Origin: Cyanophora paradoxa CCMP329
Lineage: Eukaryota; Plantae; Glaucophyta
Reading direction: 5' to 3'
NCBI GenBank assembly: GCA_004431415.1
Contig: QPMI01000593.1
Location: 124,001-188,000 of the forward strand
DNA: 64,000 nucleotides
The translations under genes were made by a program, and so were the position numbers. Under the pieces are notes generated by a model. It saw nothing but the letters and a program-made list of their open reading frames with translations. It was not told the origin of the DNA and searched no databases. Positions 1 to 12,700 of this stretch are shown piece after piece (within the stretch, counting starts at the first letter, position 1; every line of letters starts with the position of its first letter).

Positions 1-2921
1 CGTTCGTTCGCTCGCCTGGATCGCCTCGAAAATGGCCTTCACGCGACCCTTCCTCGCGTCCGAGGCCTGCCCGGAGCGAGGGGAACGTTCCTCCATCAGG
101 CGCGGGGTGGAGGGCCGGGGCGGGGGAACGGTCTCCGGACCTTGCCCCTGCGCGGCTTGCGGCCCGTCGGGGACGACGCGTCCGCCGCCACCAGCGACGT
201 GTCCGCGTCCTGCGAACGAAGTGGGCCGGGCGTACCCCCGTAGGCCCCGGACGAGGATGGGGGTACACTACCTCCCCGCGGAGCTCGGCGTCGATCTCGT
301 CGCTGAGGCCGTCGCTCATCTGATCCTCCTCCTCTTCCAGCTTCGCGGAATAAATAATCAGGCTCGAAAAGAGGAACCAGAATGCTTCGTAGAACAAAAA
401 GCGTATCGCACCTTGGAGACGTGCTTACGGCGGAGCGGGGTGGTCCCCACGCCCGCCCCCTCGTCCTCCTCCTCCTCCTCCTGAAAGAGGACCCGTGAGT
501 CTTTTCCTCGTACCCCCCCGGAAAGAAAAAGAGGATCGCGTACCCCCGGGCCGCGCTGGGCGCGCTCGCGCTCGAGCTCGGCCACCTTCTCGTCCAGCTT
601 CGCCACCAGCGCCTGCGGGGGTACCGGCTTCAGCCTTTTTTTAGGGGGGTGGGGGTACGGGAGGCGGGCCTCGATGCGGTCCGCCACTTCGAAGGGGTTC
701 TCCTTCGGCGGGGGCGGCGCTTTGGGCGGCTCCGGCGCGGCGGGCGCGGGGGGCTCCAGCGTGGCGCCGGCGCCGACGCCGGCGCCGGCCGCCGCCTCCT
801 CCTCTCCGGTACCCAGCGCCCGGCGCCCTCCGCCGGGGCCGCCGGCTCGCCGGCGGGGGCGCCGCCTCCGCCTCCGCCTCCGCCCCCACCTCGCCCTCCG
901 AGGCCCGCCGCGGCCGGGCGGGAGAGGCCGCCACCTCCGACACGCTGCGCGAAGCGAGCCTCAAACAAAGCGAAGCGTAGCAAAGCAGAGCGTAGCGTAG
1001 GGAAGCGTGGGGAAGCCGTCGCCTGGTGTTGAGGTCGGGGGCCATGAGGGCCCGATCCAGCACCTCCTTCAGGACGGCCGTGGAGAGCTCCGCGCTCAGC
1101 TGCCGCCGCTCCTCCCCGCCGATCGCCTGCCCCGGCCGCGCGTGCCGCCCCGGCAGCGGGCTCGCCCCGGCGGCTGCCGCTGCCCCGCCGGGACCCCTTC
1201 GGGGCTCGGCGGGTCGGGCACCGGGCCCGTCGCGGGGCTCGGCGGCTCCACGGGGGTGGGTCCGGCTCGCCCCCCGGCGCCGCGCCCTCCTCCGCCTCTG
1301 CTGGGCGCGGGGCAGACTCGGCGGGCGGCGCGGCCTCCACCGAAGCGGACTCTCCCCTTCGGCCCCGGGGCCGGGGCCGGCTCCAGCCCCGCCGGTTCCT
1401 CCTCGCCCCTGCGGCCGGCGCCTCGGCCGGCGCCGGCGTCTCCTCCCGAACCGGCCCGGGCTCGGCCTCGGCCGGCGCCGGTGCCGAGGTTGGAGGAAGG
1501 GGCGCGGCGCTGGGCTCGGGGGGCGGGACGGCCGCCGGGGCGGCGTCGGACGCCTCGGGCGCTGGCTCGACGGCGGGGGCCGGGGCGGCGGCCGGCGCCT
1601 CGGCCGCCGCCGCCGCCGGATGCTCCACCACGGCGCTGGCCTGCGGATCCGGGGGAGGTGCCGCGGCGCCCTCTTCCGGGGGCGGGTGCGCGGCGGCGGA
1701 TGGGGCTGGGTCGGGGAGGGGTACGCCGGAGGGCTCTGGGAGGGTTACGCCGGTGGGCTCCGGGAGGGGTACGCCGCTGGGTTCTGGGAGGGACACGCCG
1801 CTGGGCTCCGGAAGGGGAACGCCGCTGGGCTCCGGAAGCGGCACGCCGCCGCTCGGCTCCGGAAGGGGTACATCGCCGCTGGGCTCCGGAAGGGGCACGC
1901 CCTGCGGGCCGCCGGGCTCCTGCTCCAGCAACGGCGGGGCAGGGGGAGGGGCCTTCTTGCGCGGCTCGCGCCCCTCGATCTCCGCAAAGAACTCGTCGTC
2001 GTCGTCGTCGTCCTCGGGGGGTACGCCGCCGGCCGCCGCGTACCTGCGCGGCGCGGCTTGTTCGACCCGGCACCGCTCGCCCGCGGCCCGGCGCGGGGGG
2101 GGCGGGCGGGCGGGCGCGCCTCTGCTTCATCTCAGCGATGAACTTCGCGTCCTCCTCGTCGTCTTCGAGATCGTGCTCCGCCCCGGCCGCGCTGCCGCCC
2201 GCGGGCGGCGCCTCGGGCGCCTGCGCCGCCTCCTGCGCTGGCGCGGCCTCCTCGGGCGCCGCCTGGGGCTCCGCGGGCGCGGCTTCGGGCTCCTCCGCGG
2301 GCACCGGCTCGGGCTCAGGGGCCTGCGCGAGGGGCGCTCAGCGACCGAAGCGCGTTCCGCGGGCCGCGCGCCGCACCGGAGGCGGCGCGGTCTTCTGCGC
2401 AGCCATTCTGCAAAGGGATCAGCGGCGTAGCGGGAGGCGACCCGCGACAGCCGCGGGAACGCACGTGGCTATACTGGCCCGCAGGCCGCCCGCGGCCGGC
2501 TTCGGCGCCGCCGCCGGCGCGGACTGAGTGGACTTGATGCCCGCAACTGAGGCCTTGGCGGCTGCACGCGAGCTGAGAGGCGGCTCGCTCGCAAGTGTTA
2601 GCTATGGGCTCACCAGGAGCTGCAGCCGCCTTTCCATCGCTCTTGGCAGTCGCAAGCCTGCGGCAAGGCTCGCAAGGCGGCGCGCGGGTGTCGGATTTGA
2701 AGCGTACGTGTTCAGGGAGGCAGCGAGCGTGTTCCCGGGCTTTGCAGGGGCTGCTGCGAAGGGTGAGGAGCGGCGCGAGCAGCGGCGCGGCCCTTGAGGA
2801 ACTCCGACGCACCAGCTCCGGTGGCCGGCTTAGCCGGCTTCGCAGGCGCCCCCGCGGCTGGTGCAGCGGGTGCTCCGGTATCCGCGGCCTTCTTCTGAAG
2901 GCCCCTGGCCAGCGCGCTCAT
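1..2921 (-). CDS. Hypothetical Pro/Ala/Glu-rich low-complexity protein, spliced, running off the left edge; contains a PLPEPSG tandem repeat
   Basis: ATG at 2921 (MSALARGLQKKAAD...). Coding-like segments (EHDLEDDEEDAKFIAEMKQRR, KLDEKVAELERERA) are separated by intron-like tracts. No recognisable domain. Confidence 0.5.
1704..1901 (-). repeat. Coding tandem repeat, 8 units of 24-27 bp encoding (G/D)VPLPEPS(G)
   Basis: Repeated gggctccggaagggg.acgccg unit on the + strand; the ORF track shows GVPLPEPSG-like units x8. Confidence 0.9.
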
Positions 2922-2994
2922 CGGCCCGTCACCGTCGACCCGAAATTCGTGTAGCCCCACCGGCGAGACTTCTCAGACTTGAGCAAGTGGCACC

Positions 2995-4536
2995 ATGGGC
3001 GCTTCAGAATCCACCCCTGCTGGCCCTCCGAAGTTCAAGGTTAGCCAGCACCCGACGAGCTCGTTCTGCGCTGACGAACTTGCCTCCACTGACGCACTCT
3101 CGCGTGCGCAGATCGTGTACTTCCGTACGTGCTTCCGTGCCCAGCTCTGCTAGAACGAGCTGAAGCTTGAAACGTGCAGCAATTCGCGGGCGTGCGGAGG
3201 CCGTTCGTCTCCTCCTGGAGGACCTCGAAGTGTGAGCGTCAGCGCCGCTTGACGACGCATGCGGCTCTGAGGCCCTGGAGGCCATTTACCGCTTAGCTCT
3301 GACGCCATGCACAGGCCCTACGAGGTCGTAGCGCCGACCCCCGACTGTACGACTTTGCAGTGCCGCCGCTCTTCGGCAGCTGCGCGCATGCTGAAATACG
3401 CACTTGTACAGGGCCGACGTACAAGAAGGCGCACACGGATGATGGCACTCTCGCCTTCGGTGCTCGCTTGCTTCTGCTGAACGACCAACTTCTCGAATCT
3501 CTGACGCCGTTGTCCGCGCAGGTCAGCTCCCGCAGTTCATCGACGTCGATGGGGCGTCCTGGGTCCAGTCGGGCGCGATGCTGCGCATGTTGGCTCGCCG
3601 GCACAAGGTGATCGGCTCGACGGAAAAGCTGCAGATGATTGTAAGCAGTCTCTCCCCTCGCCCGCTCCGTCTGCGCAGCCCCGCATGCAGGCCGCTGACT
3701 CCTTGTTGCGCTTGCGTACGCGCAGGCCGATGTCGCCGCCGACGGCGTGGAGGACATGCGGTGCGCCGCGCCGCGCTGCCTTTCCGCCCTTTCGATCCGC
3801 CGACGCCGGCGCTGCGCTCTGTGCCCGCCCCTTCCTTCGACGGCAGCCGCGAGTACCTCAAGACCATCTACGGTCCGTCGACGCCGCGCCTCGCCGCGCC
3901 GCGCTCCGCCCCCTTCGCCGACGCTCTCGCCGGTGCGCAGGCGACTACGACGGGACCATCGAGGCCCTCAAGAAGGAGGGCATGCCCAAGTGGTTCGTAC
4001 CCCCTCCCTCGCCCCCTTCGTAGCCCGTACCCTCCCGATCTAAGCTCCGTGTACCCCCTCCCCCCGCAGGTACGGCCACTTCGAGAACATGATCAAGCGC
4101 AACGGGGGCGAGTTCCTCGCGGGCGCGGAGATCACCTACGCCGTGCGCCGTCGCCCTAACATTCTTAAAACGGCTTTCTAGCGTTGGCTTCGAACTTCCG
4201 TGCATTTAGCGCGCGCCGCCGCCCTGCCTCTGATTCGCGCCCCCTTCTTCTCCCTCCTCCGCTGATCACAATTTGCGGTGCGGCCAGGACTACTCGCTCT
4301 TTGACATGCTGGAGAACTGGTCGCGCATCAACGCGCAGCACCTCGACGCCTTCCCCACGCTCAAGGCCTACCACGCCCGGTGCGCGCGCGCGGGCCAGGG
4401 GGGTCCGGGCCTCGGGCACGTGATTTGATCCGCGGCCCCGGCCCCTGACCGCAGCATGGCGGCGCGCCCGAAGATCGCGGCGTATCTCGCCAGCGGCCGG
4501 CGCCCCGACAAGGTCAACGGCAACACGCGTGGCTGA
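2995..4536 (+). CDS. Glutathione S-transferase, Pi-class-like (Tyr-type), multi-exon
   Basis: Spliced translation MGASESTPAGPPKFK/IVYFP/IRGRAEAVRLLLEDLE...LAFG/QLPQFIDVDGASWVQSGAMLRMLARRH...DGVEDMR...ITYA/DYSLFDMLE...DAFPTLKAYHAR/MAARPKIAAYLASGRRPDKVNGNTRG*. The YFP.RGR, FGQLP, QS.A and C-terminal NGN motifs are GST Pi-like. Confidence 0.92.
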
Positions 4537-4796
4537 CCGCTCGACGCCAAGCTGCAGTGCATGACCGTCAGACTCCGCGCCACGCGTCTCTGGCCGCGGC
4601 CGGCCCCTCGTCAGGCTGCCCTCGGTTCGCCCGCATTCCGCAACGCGATCGTTTCTTCCGCACGTGCTTCTGTAGTACAGACAAAGGCTAAGCATGATAC
4701 TGCCGCATACCATACATGCCATAGTACGGAGCAACAAGAACAAGAACAAGCCACAAGCTTGCAATATTGAGGTCCGGCCCAACGTCGACGGTCGGA

Positions 4797-5000
4797 TTAC
4801 AGCTTGGCGTCTTGGCCCCTTCGCACCGCCGAGATCGCGAACTCCAGCGCCTGCGAGCGCCGTCGGCGTTTAGGCCAAGGAGCCGGGGGGAGCTCGCGAT
4901 CGAGGGGGGGGGGGGGGGGGGGGGGGGGCATCTTCGTCATGACGAACTCGGAAGCTGGCACAGCGTACGTATACCCGGTCCGACCGTAGCGACGTCGACG
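4797..5000 (-). pseudogene. Orphan 3' gene fragment ending ...ALEFAISAVRRGQDAKL* (PTS1-like)
   Basis: A branch-like ctaaac and a cgcag acceptor precede a terminal exon (4797-4850). The upstream coding-like piece GYTYAVPASEFVMTK has no canonical donor and no 5' gene. Confidence 0.3.
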
Positions 5001-6741
5001 TCATTCGTCATAATGTCGAATCCCGTACCCTCAACGGGCGGGTCCCCCCCCTTCTCCCAGGCCGGCGCCGGCCCCGCAGGCCGAATCCCGTACCCTCAAC
5101 GGGCGCCCCCTCCTCCCCCCCCCCCCCCCCCCCCCCCCTTCCCCTCCCCCAGGCCCCCCGACTCGAGCTCGTTCGTAGTTCGCGCAACGCAATCGTACGT
5201 TCTACATGTGCAAAATATGCACGATACTGCACATACACAAAACCATAATAAAAAGGGCCACTGACTTGCCGTGCGCGTCAGTTGGGTCCGGGGAAGGGAA
5301 TTTAACCTCGGCGAATCCAAAGATGTAGATCTAGATGCTAGAGAGCAGATCTAGAGACTTCGGCCGGCGGGCCGGAAAAGGAACAAAGCCGCTGAGCCTC
5401 GGAGCTGGAGGAAGAAACTTGAAATGCAGAATTTAAGGCGGCCATGCCAGGCGAGCTGTCTTCGAGGCCTACGCGAGCTCGAGCTCGAGGCTAGGCCAGA
5501 TCTATATATATAGCTAGAGGTAGGTCGCGGGCCCCGGGCGCCGGGCCCGGGGCGCGGCCCGCGGCCGGCGGGCGGGGGATGGCCATAGCTCGGGATGGCC
5601 ATATGATCACAAATCGAACCTTATGTGCCTGCACGTGCACTTGACTCGGGGAGGCGCGCGGCCGAGGCTTGCAATTGCCTTGGAGGCTGGCCTCCGCGCG
5701 CGCGCGATCTGCATGCGCATGCGCGGGCAAAGCGCGCGCGATCTGCATGCGCGCGCGCGGTTGGAGCGGCTGTGGCGTGCGCGGCTGGCGCGCGCGGCTA
5801 GCGACATGTACAGCTGCAGCAGACTGCCAAGCGCTGAGAGCGCTATCCGATCATCGGATCGCGAGCTGTGCGGGAGTGAGCTCGAGAACTTCGGAAATCA
5901 AAGCGGCCGGGCGGGGCCGGCGGCGCGGGTGTAGGAAGTGGCAGGGGGGGCGCGGGCAGCGACGTCGACCGTCGGACTTGTTGCAACTAGCACGGCCGGT
6001 CGTGGCCATGAGCGCACGGCCGGCGTGCACGTGGCCCGCTTGCGCGCGTGGCCGGTGTGCGCGGCTGGCGCGGCTAGCTAGACCAACTGCCACGCGCGCG
6101 AGAGAGGCGTGACAGTTGAAGCCGCGGCCGGCGCCGAGCTGAAGAGGAAGCGCTGGGGGGAGGGAGAAAGCGGCCGGGGGGTACTTTAAGAGGTTTCGCA
6201 GGGTAAGTTAACGCACTCTCCAATGTGATTGGCTAGCGCACGCGGCGTCCTCCTACGCGACCGCGCACGCGTCCGGCCTCGCTCCCGCAGAACGGAATGT
6301 CGGGCATGATACGGGCAACAACCTCGAACTGGTCTGACTCGTACATCTGCTCCCTGTGCGTTGCTGGACCCGTTTTTGTCCCGGGTGTTGGTGCCTGTTC
6401 CTGGATCACCCTTTGGTCGGACGGGACCGGGAGACATGGTTTCGGGATCCCCTTGTGATGGGCTTTCAGGATATACCGCGCGGCCCGGGTTTTGCGGAGG
6501 TCGGGGAAATGGGATTTGGGGTAGGCCTAGGGTTGGGCCCGAGGGACAGGGACAGGGGAAGTGATTTTCCCTTCCCCAATAATACAGAGTAACATGCTGA
6601 ATCTATCCAGTACTAGAAACGTGGGGGCGCCCGTCCCCCGCTCAACACCGCGAGCCCTAGCTAGCTACATCGTACAACGAATCCTCAACTAATCCTCGGG
6701 ACAAGGTCCGCTTCGGAGAGCCTACTTGCAGAAGAGGGGGC

Positions 6742-9700
6742 CTACGCGAGGCAGAGGGCGAGGTCGTGGGAGGCCTCGATCTTGCCGAAGGCGTCGGCGG
6801 CACGCGCCGTGTGGTGCCGCGCCGACTCCGCCGACGACGCCGCGTGCCGCGCGATCGCCAGGTGGCCCAGCCCGACCTGCTCGCGCGCGAATTGGAGGGT
6901 TGGTTAGCTAATTCGATGGGTTGGAGGGGAGTTGGGCGCCGCTCACCTCGCGGAGCATGCCGGCCTTCTCGGCGCCGCGTATGCAGAGCTTCCACTGCCG
7001 CTTGGCCTCCGCCAGGCGCCCCGACGACGCGTACAGCACCCCGAGCTGACGGAAAATGTGAGGGGGGGGGGATGATCCGGGGAGGGGTACGGGGCGCACC
7101 CAGTACTCGGCGGGGGGGATGGCGACGGGGAGGAGGCGGCCGATGCCGAGGAGCCAGGAGACGAGGGTGCGGCAGGCCCACTCGAGGGCGTGCGCCTCGA
7201 CGCCGGCGGGGAGCGCCTCGGGGGCCCGCGGGCGCGCCGCCGGCATCTCGCCCGAGGACGCCCCGGCGGCGGCGGCGCGCTGGGCCGAGGAGGCGAGGAG
7301 GGGCGTGAGGAGGACCTCGGCGAGGGCGGAGAGGGGAGGAGGCCCCAGCCGGCGGTGGCCGCCCACGGGAAGGCCTCCGCCGGCCAGCCGCCGGCCGCCG
7401 CCGCCCGCGCCACGGCCCCCGCGACGTCGCGCGGCGCCGGCTCTACCTCGAGCCCGCGGCCGGCCGCGCCCCGCCGCCGCCCGGCGGCGGCAGCGGCGCC
7501 GCTCCCGCCGGGCGCCGTCCGACGGCAGCCGCCGCAGCAGAGGAAGCCGCCCCGCACCGACGCGTCCTCCTCGGGGCCGGCGGGCCGGCGGGGGCGGGGC
7601 GCCGGCCGCCGGGCGCGCGCGGCGGTCGCGGCGGGGTCGAGCTGCGCGGCGAGGGCGCCGACGGCGGCCACGGCGAGGGCGACGGCCGCGGCGGCGTCGC
7701 CGCTGCGGTGCGCGATGAGCGCTCTGAGGGCGTCCGCGTGGCTCAGGGCCGCCGCCGGCGCCGGCGCCTCGCTCCCGGGCCCCCCGCCGCCGCCTCGTCG
7801 GGCGCCAGCGCGGCGGGGTACGAGGCGACGGGGCGGGTGCCGGCCGGCGAGCCGCGCCCGAAGAGCGCCTCGGCCGACTGGAGGAGCGAGGAGGCCTCCT
7901 CGAGGCGGCCCCGGGGCAGCTGGCAGTGCACCTGGACCAGGCAGGCCCGAAAGGCGGCCGCGGGGTCGCCCCGCAGTCGCGCCGAGGCGGCGACCTCCTC
8001 CGCCGCGAGCGAGGCGCGCGCGTAGCCGCCCGTGGCAAGGTCGGCGAGGGCGCCGACGCAGAGGGACTCCTCCCGCCGCACGCGGTCGCACTGCGCCTCG
8101 AAGAGCGCGGCCGAGGCGATCGCCGCCTCCGCCGCCTCCCGGAAGCGCGCGTTCGCGATCGCAAAGGAGGCGGCGGCGAGGGCGGCGGCGGCGGCGCCGT
8201 CGGCGTCGGCGGGGCGAGGGCGCCGGGGCCGGGAGCGGGGCGCGGTGGGCACGGGCGGCGGGACGAGGCCCCGCATCTGCGGGTCCCACGGGTCCCGGGG
8301 CAGCTCGCGGCCGGGCGGGTCGGAGGACGGGAGGGGCGCCCCGGGTCGTAGGGCCCGCAGGCCCGCCGGGCGCGGGCGGCAAGGAGGTACGGGAGGCGCC
8401 TGGCGCGGGGCAGGAGCGAGGGGAGGGAGGGGCCAGGAACAGCGCGGCGGCCGAGGCGGCCGAGAGGGCGCGGGCGGCCTCGCCGCGGGCCGAGGCGGGG
8501 CCGGCGCGGAGGGCGAGCTGCGCGGCGCGCAGCGCGGCGTGCGCCCCCTCCCGCTGCGAGGCGGAGGGTTAGAAGAGAAGAAAGCGGGCGGGGCGGGCGG
8601 GGCGGACCGGGTCGCCCGAGTGGAAGCAGAGGGCGGCGAGGCGGCCGTAGAGGCGTGCGCCCTCGGCGCAGGCGGCGGCGTCCCCCGCGCCGGCGGCGGC
8701 GTCGGCGGGCGGCGGGGCGTCCCCCGAGTCGAGCCAGGCGCCGCCGCGGAGGCCGGCGCGGAGCCAGAGGAGGGCCGTGGCGGCGCGCAGGGGCAGTCCG
8801 TCCGCGGGCGGGCGCCGTGCCCCGCGAGGCGGAGGGCGCGCCGCAGGGCCGCCGCCGCCTCCCGCGCCTGTCCGACGCGCAGGAGCGACTCGGACAGGGC
8901 CGCCTCCCACGCCCACGCCGCCGGCGGCGCCCCGGCCGGCGCCTCCGAGGCGGCCGAGGGCGCCGGCCAGCGCCAGAGCTCGCGCGCCGGCGCCGCCGCG
9001 GGGAGGCCGCTCAGGTGGAGCAGGCGGGCGTACAGCGGCGCCGCCTCGCCGTGGGCCCCGCAGCGGCGCGCGGCGGCGGCGGCGCGCTCCGCGTGGACCA
9101 GGGCGAGGGCGCGGGACCGCTGGAGGCGCTGAGGGTCCCGCTCGAGCCCGCCCTCCTCTTGCCCCAGGGCCGCCCGCGGCGTCGGCGGGGCGCTCCCCGC
9201 GGCGCGCCGGGCGGCGAAGGCGCCCACGCGTGGCACCAGTGGAGGTGCATGGCGCAGGCGTCGGGCGCCGGCTCGGCGCCCTTGCGCAGCTCCAGAAAAG
9301 CAGCCGAGGCGGCGTGCAGCTCGCCGCGCCGCGCCGCGTCGATGCGGCCGTACGCCGCCGCCCACACGCACTCGTGCCGGAATCCGTAAAGGGCCGGCGG
9401 CGCCGCCGGCGGCGCGTCCGCGCGCCCGCCCCGCGCCTTCGGCTGGCCCCCTGGCCCGCCGTGGCGGGCCCGTCCCCCGCGGCGCCGCCGGGGCGTCGCC
9501 GGGCCCGGGGCCGGGGCGCCCGGGGCCGGGCCGGGGCGCGGGCGCCACGAGGTCGGCCTGCAGGAGGGCCGCCAGGTGGTCGTAGGCCAGGGCCCGGTCC
9601 TTCTCCGTGCGCGCGCCCAGCAGGTGGAAGAGGTGCTGGAGCGAGAAGGCCCAGCCGGCCACCGCCGCCGCCTCCAGCGCCGCCACCTCGGGGGCCGCCA

Positions 9701-12700
9701 GCCGCCGGATGCGCGCCTCGGCCGCCGCCTCCAGCGTCGCCGGGAGCTCGCCCACCTCGCGCGGCAGCGGCGCGCCCTCCGGCAGCTGCGAGCGCCTCAG
9801 CGTCCCACCCGAACCCAAGCAAGAAGATGGACGGCGGACCTCGAGGAGCTTTTTGAGGTCGGGGAGCGTGTCGCGGAGGTGGAAGGCGATGAGCTCGGCC
9901 AGGAGGGCGACGCCGCCGCTGGCCGCCCAGACCGCCGAGCCGAGGGCCCCCGGGACGCGCGGGACCTGCAGGCGCAGCGCCACCAGCGAAGCGGTGTCCG
10001 CCAGCGGCAGCGCCGGCAGCCGCACGGCCGCCACGTCCCGCCCGTGCTGCCGCCGGCGCGTCAGAGGAGGAGGAGGAGGAGGAGGAGCGCGGGCGGCGCA
10101 CGAGGGTGAGGGAGGCGGCGGCGCGGCCGAGGGGCGAGCGGCGGCCCGGGGCGGTCTCGCCGAGGACCGGCCGGCGCGTGGCGACGACCGCGAGTAGGGC
10201 GCCGCAGCGCTTGAGTGCGGCCTCGAGGAGGGCGGCCGAGGGCCCGTCCAGGCGGGAGGCGTCCCCGTCGAGCAGGACGAGCAGCGGGGCGTCCGCAGAG
10301 GCGTGCTCGAGGAGCCGCACGGCCGCCTCGCGCGCCGCGTCCTCCCGCGCCTCGCGGCGCATGCCCCGCGTGAACTCGGACTCCTCCGCCTCGGCCAGAT
10401 CGGGCGGGAGGAGGTCCGCCAGCAGCGGGGCGAGGCGCCAGAGGTCCGGGTTCGCGCGGAAGAACTCGCTCTCCGGCACGAAGAGCGGCCGCGGCGCCCG
10501 CTCCCGCTCCCGCTCCCGCTCGCGGTCCCGGTCACCGGGGGCCGCCTCGACGGACAGGTCGACCACGGTGCTGAGGGCGCCGTGGCCGGCGGCGCGGGGC
10601 GGCGCGGCGGCGGCCTCCTCGGCCCCGCAGAGGGCGGCCAGGTCGGCCAGGGCGCCGGTGAAGGCGGGGAGGGCGAGGAGCTGGCGGAAGACGGCGCGCC
10701 AGGGGCCGTAGGGCGCCGGCGGGAGCCGCACGGCGCTGGCTGAGGTCCAAGGCGGGCAGGCGGGCGGGGCCGGGGGGAGCTCGCCCCGCGCGCAGCGCTG
10801 GAGGAGCGCGCCGGCGAGGCGGCCGAGCTCGTCGAGGAGGCGGGTCTTGCCGGAGCCCTCGGGGCCCTCGACGAGGACGAGGCCGCCCCGCCCGCCCCGC
10901 AGCAGCGCCGCCAGGTGCTCCCCAGCGCCGCCGACTCGCCGGCGCGCCCGACGAGGCGCTCCTTCGGGGGCGGGCCCGCCACCTCCACCGTCGCCGCGTG
11001 CCAGAGCGCCCGGTGGCACACCGTCTCGCTGTGCAGCCGGCCCCGCACCGCCGCCGCCCCGTCCCCCGCGTCCGGGATCGACGCCTGCTCGAAGCGCACG
11101 GCGCTCCCGGCGCCCACGCGCGTCGCCTCGTCGCAGAGCACCTGCGCGCGGGCGCCGGGCTTAGGGGCGGGCGGCGGGGCCATGAAACGGCTGCCGCTTG
11201 CGGGGCCGCACCTCGTCACGGGACGCCTCGAGTAGGCGCGAGGCGAGGGCGACGGCGCGGCCGACGAGCCCGTAGGAGCGGCGCAGGTCCGTGCCCACCG
11301 GGAACTGAGCGACGAGGCCCGTCCCGACGCCGGCCGAGGCCCTGCCGCGCGCTTCAGTCGCGGGCGGGGGCGGGCGGGCGGGCGGGCGGCGCTGGACACT
11401 GCGCCGCACCGCATGCCGATGTCCCGGAGGCGCTGGCGAGCCTCAAGGACCGCGCCGACGGCGCGCGCGGCCTGCGCGCGGGCGCCGGAGTCAGGGAACG
11501 GGAGAGGGGAGCGGCCGCCCGGGTGAGTCGGGCGCACGGGGGACTGCAGGCGCCCCTGGCGCGCCGAGTGCGGGCCGTCGCCGCCGCCCGCGAACGGGAG
11601 GAAGACCGACTTGGCGTGCGTCTGAGGCGAGCGCGTCTGAGCCAGGAAAGGAAATCAAAGGAAAGGAAAGGAAAGAAGGGGGGGACCTCGGGAGAGACGG
11701 AGCGGAAGTCGTTCCCGAACTCGTCGCCCTGCCTCGGCGCTGAGCGGGGGGCAGAGGATGAGGAGAAGGGAGGGGCGGGGCACCTCGACCTCCATGGAGT
11801 CGTCCACCGCCAGGCCCGAGGGCGACGGCGAGTGGGGGACCTGCGCCGGCGCGCGCGGGAGAGTGAGCGGAGCGCGGGCCGCCCTGTGCACGCGGGGTGG
11901 GCGGACCGGGGAGATGTGCGCGAAGGGGTGGTGCCCCGAGCCCGGGGCGAACGGGATGCCGGGGGTGCGCCCGTGCAGCTCGAAGCTGCGCGCGGGGCCG
12001 GTCCGTGAGCCGCGCGGGGCGGGCGGCCGGGGCAGGAGGAGGGCAGGCGCGCCTGGCCACAAGGAACCCGTCCCCGTTCGGATCGACCGAGAAGGATCGC
12101 ATCGTCCCGTCGTAGTGCTCGAGCGCGCTGCGGAGGAGGTGTGAGCGGTTGGACGGGGCCGGCGGGGCGGCCGGCGAGGCGGGAACCTGTGGACGGCGCG
12201 CAGGGCGGCCTCGGCGGAGAGAGCGGCCTCACGGGCGAAGCGCTGGTCCCCAGACGCGAGGGCCTCGTGGAGCGAGGGTGGGTGGCACGAGACGCGCAGG
12301 TAGACCACAGAGGTCAGGGAGCCCTCGGCCGCCCAGCTCTGCAGCGGCGCCAGCGACGCGGCCGACGCGGCGCGCGCCATGAACACCGCCGGCATGTACG
12401 GCCGGAGCGCGCGCCCCAGGTGCGGCGCGTCCCGGGCGTTGGGCGGGTAGAGATCGGCGGGGAAAGGCGGCGCGGGGTGGAGGAAGGCAGATGGAAGAAC
12501 GGAGTCAACGTGGAAGTGCCCCCCGTGGCCCGAGCGGCCGGAGAAGAAGGAAAGGGCTGACAGGACGCCCCACGCCCGCGAACAGACGACGAGGCCGCCG
12601 GCCGGCGGGGTCGGCGCGCGGCGCGGCGACGCCGGTTTCGAAGAGGAGGAAGGCTGCACAGAGGCGGTGTGGTAGAGCGGATCGCCTTCGTCGTCCAGCG

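Noticed and set aside
6186-6620. Lower-GC tract with G-runs, possible transposon end
   Set aside because: No terminal repeat partner, target-site duplication or transposase motif could be identified
10920-10923. Apparent frameshift just before Walker A as proof of pseudogenisation
   Set aside because: It is a one-base difference in a G/C homopolymer. Similar shifts appear in other genes of the window, consistent with long-read indel errors.
7743-11537. 1264-aa ORF and the many other long Arg/Pro/Gly/Ala-rich ORFs in the track
   Set aside because: Stop codons are scarce at this GC content. These ORFs read through introns or lie antisense to real spliced genes.
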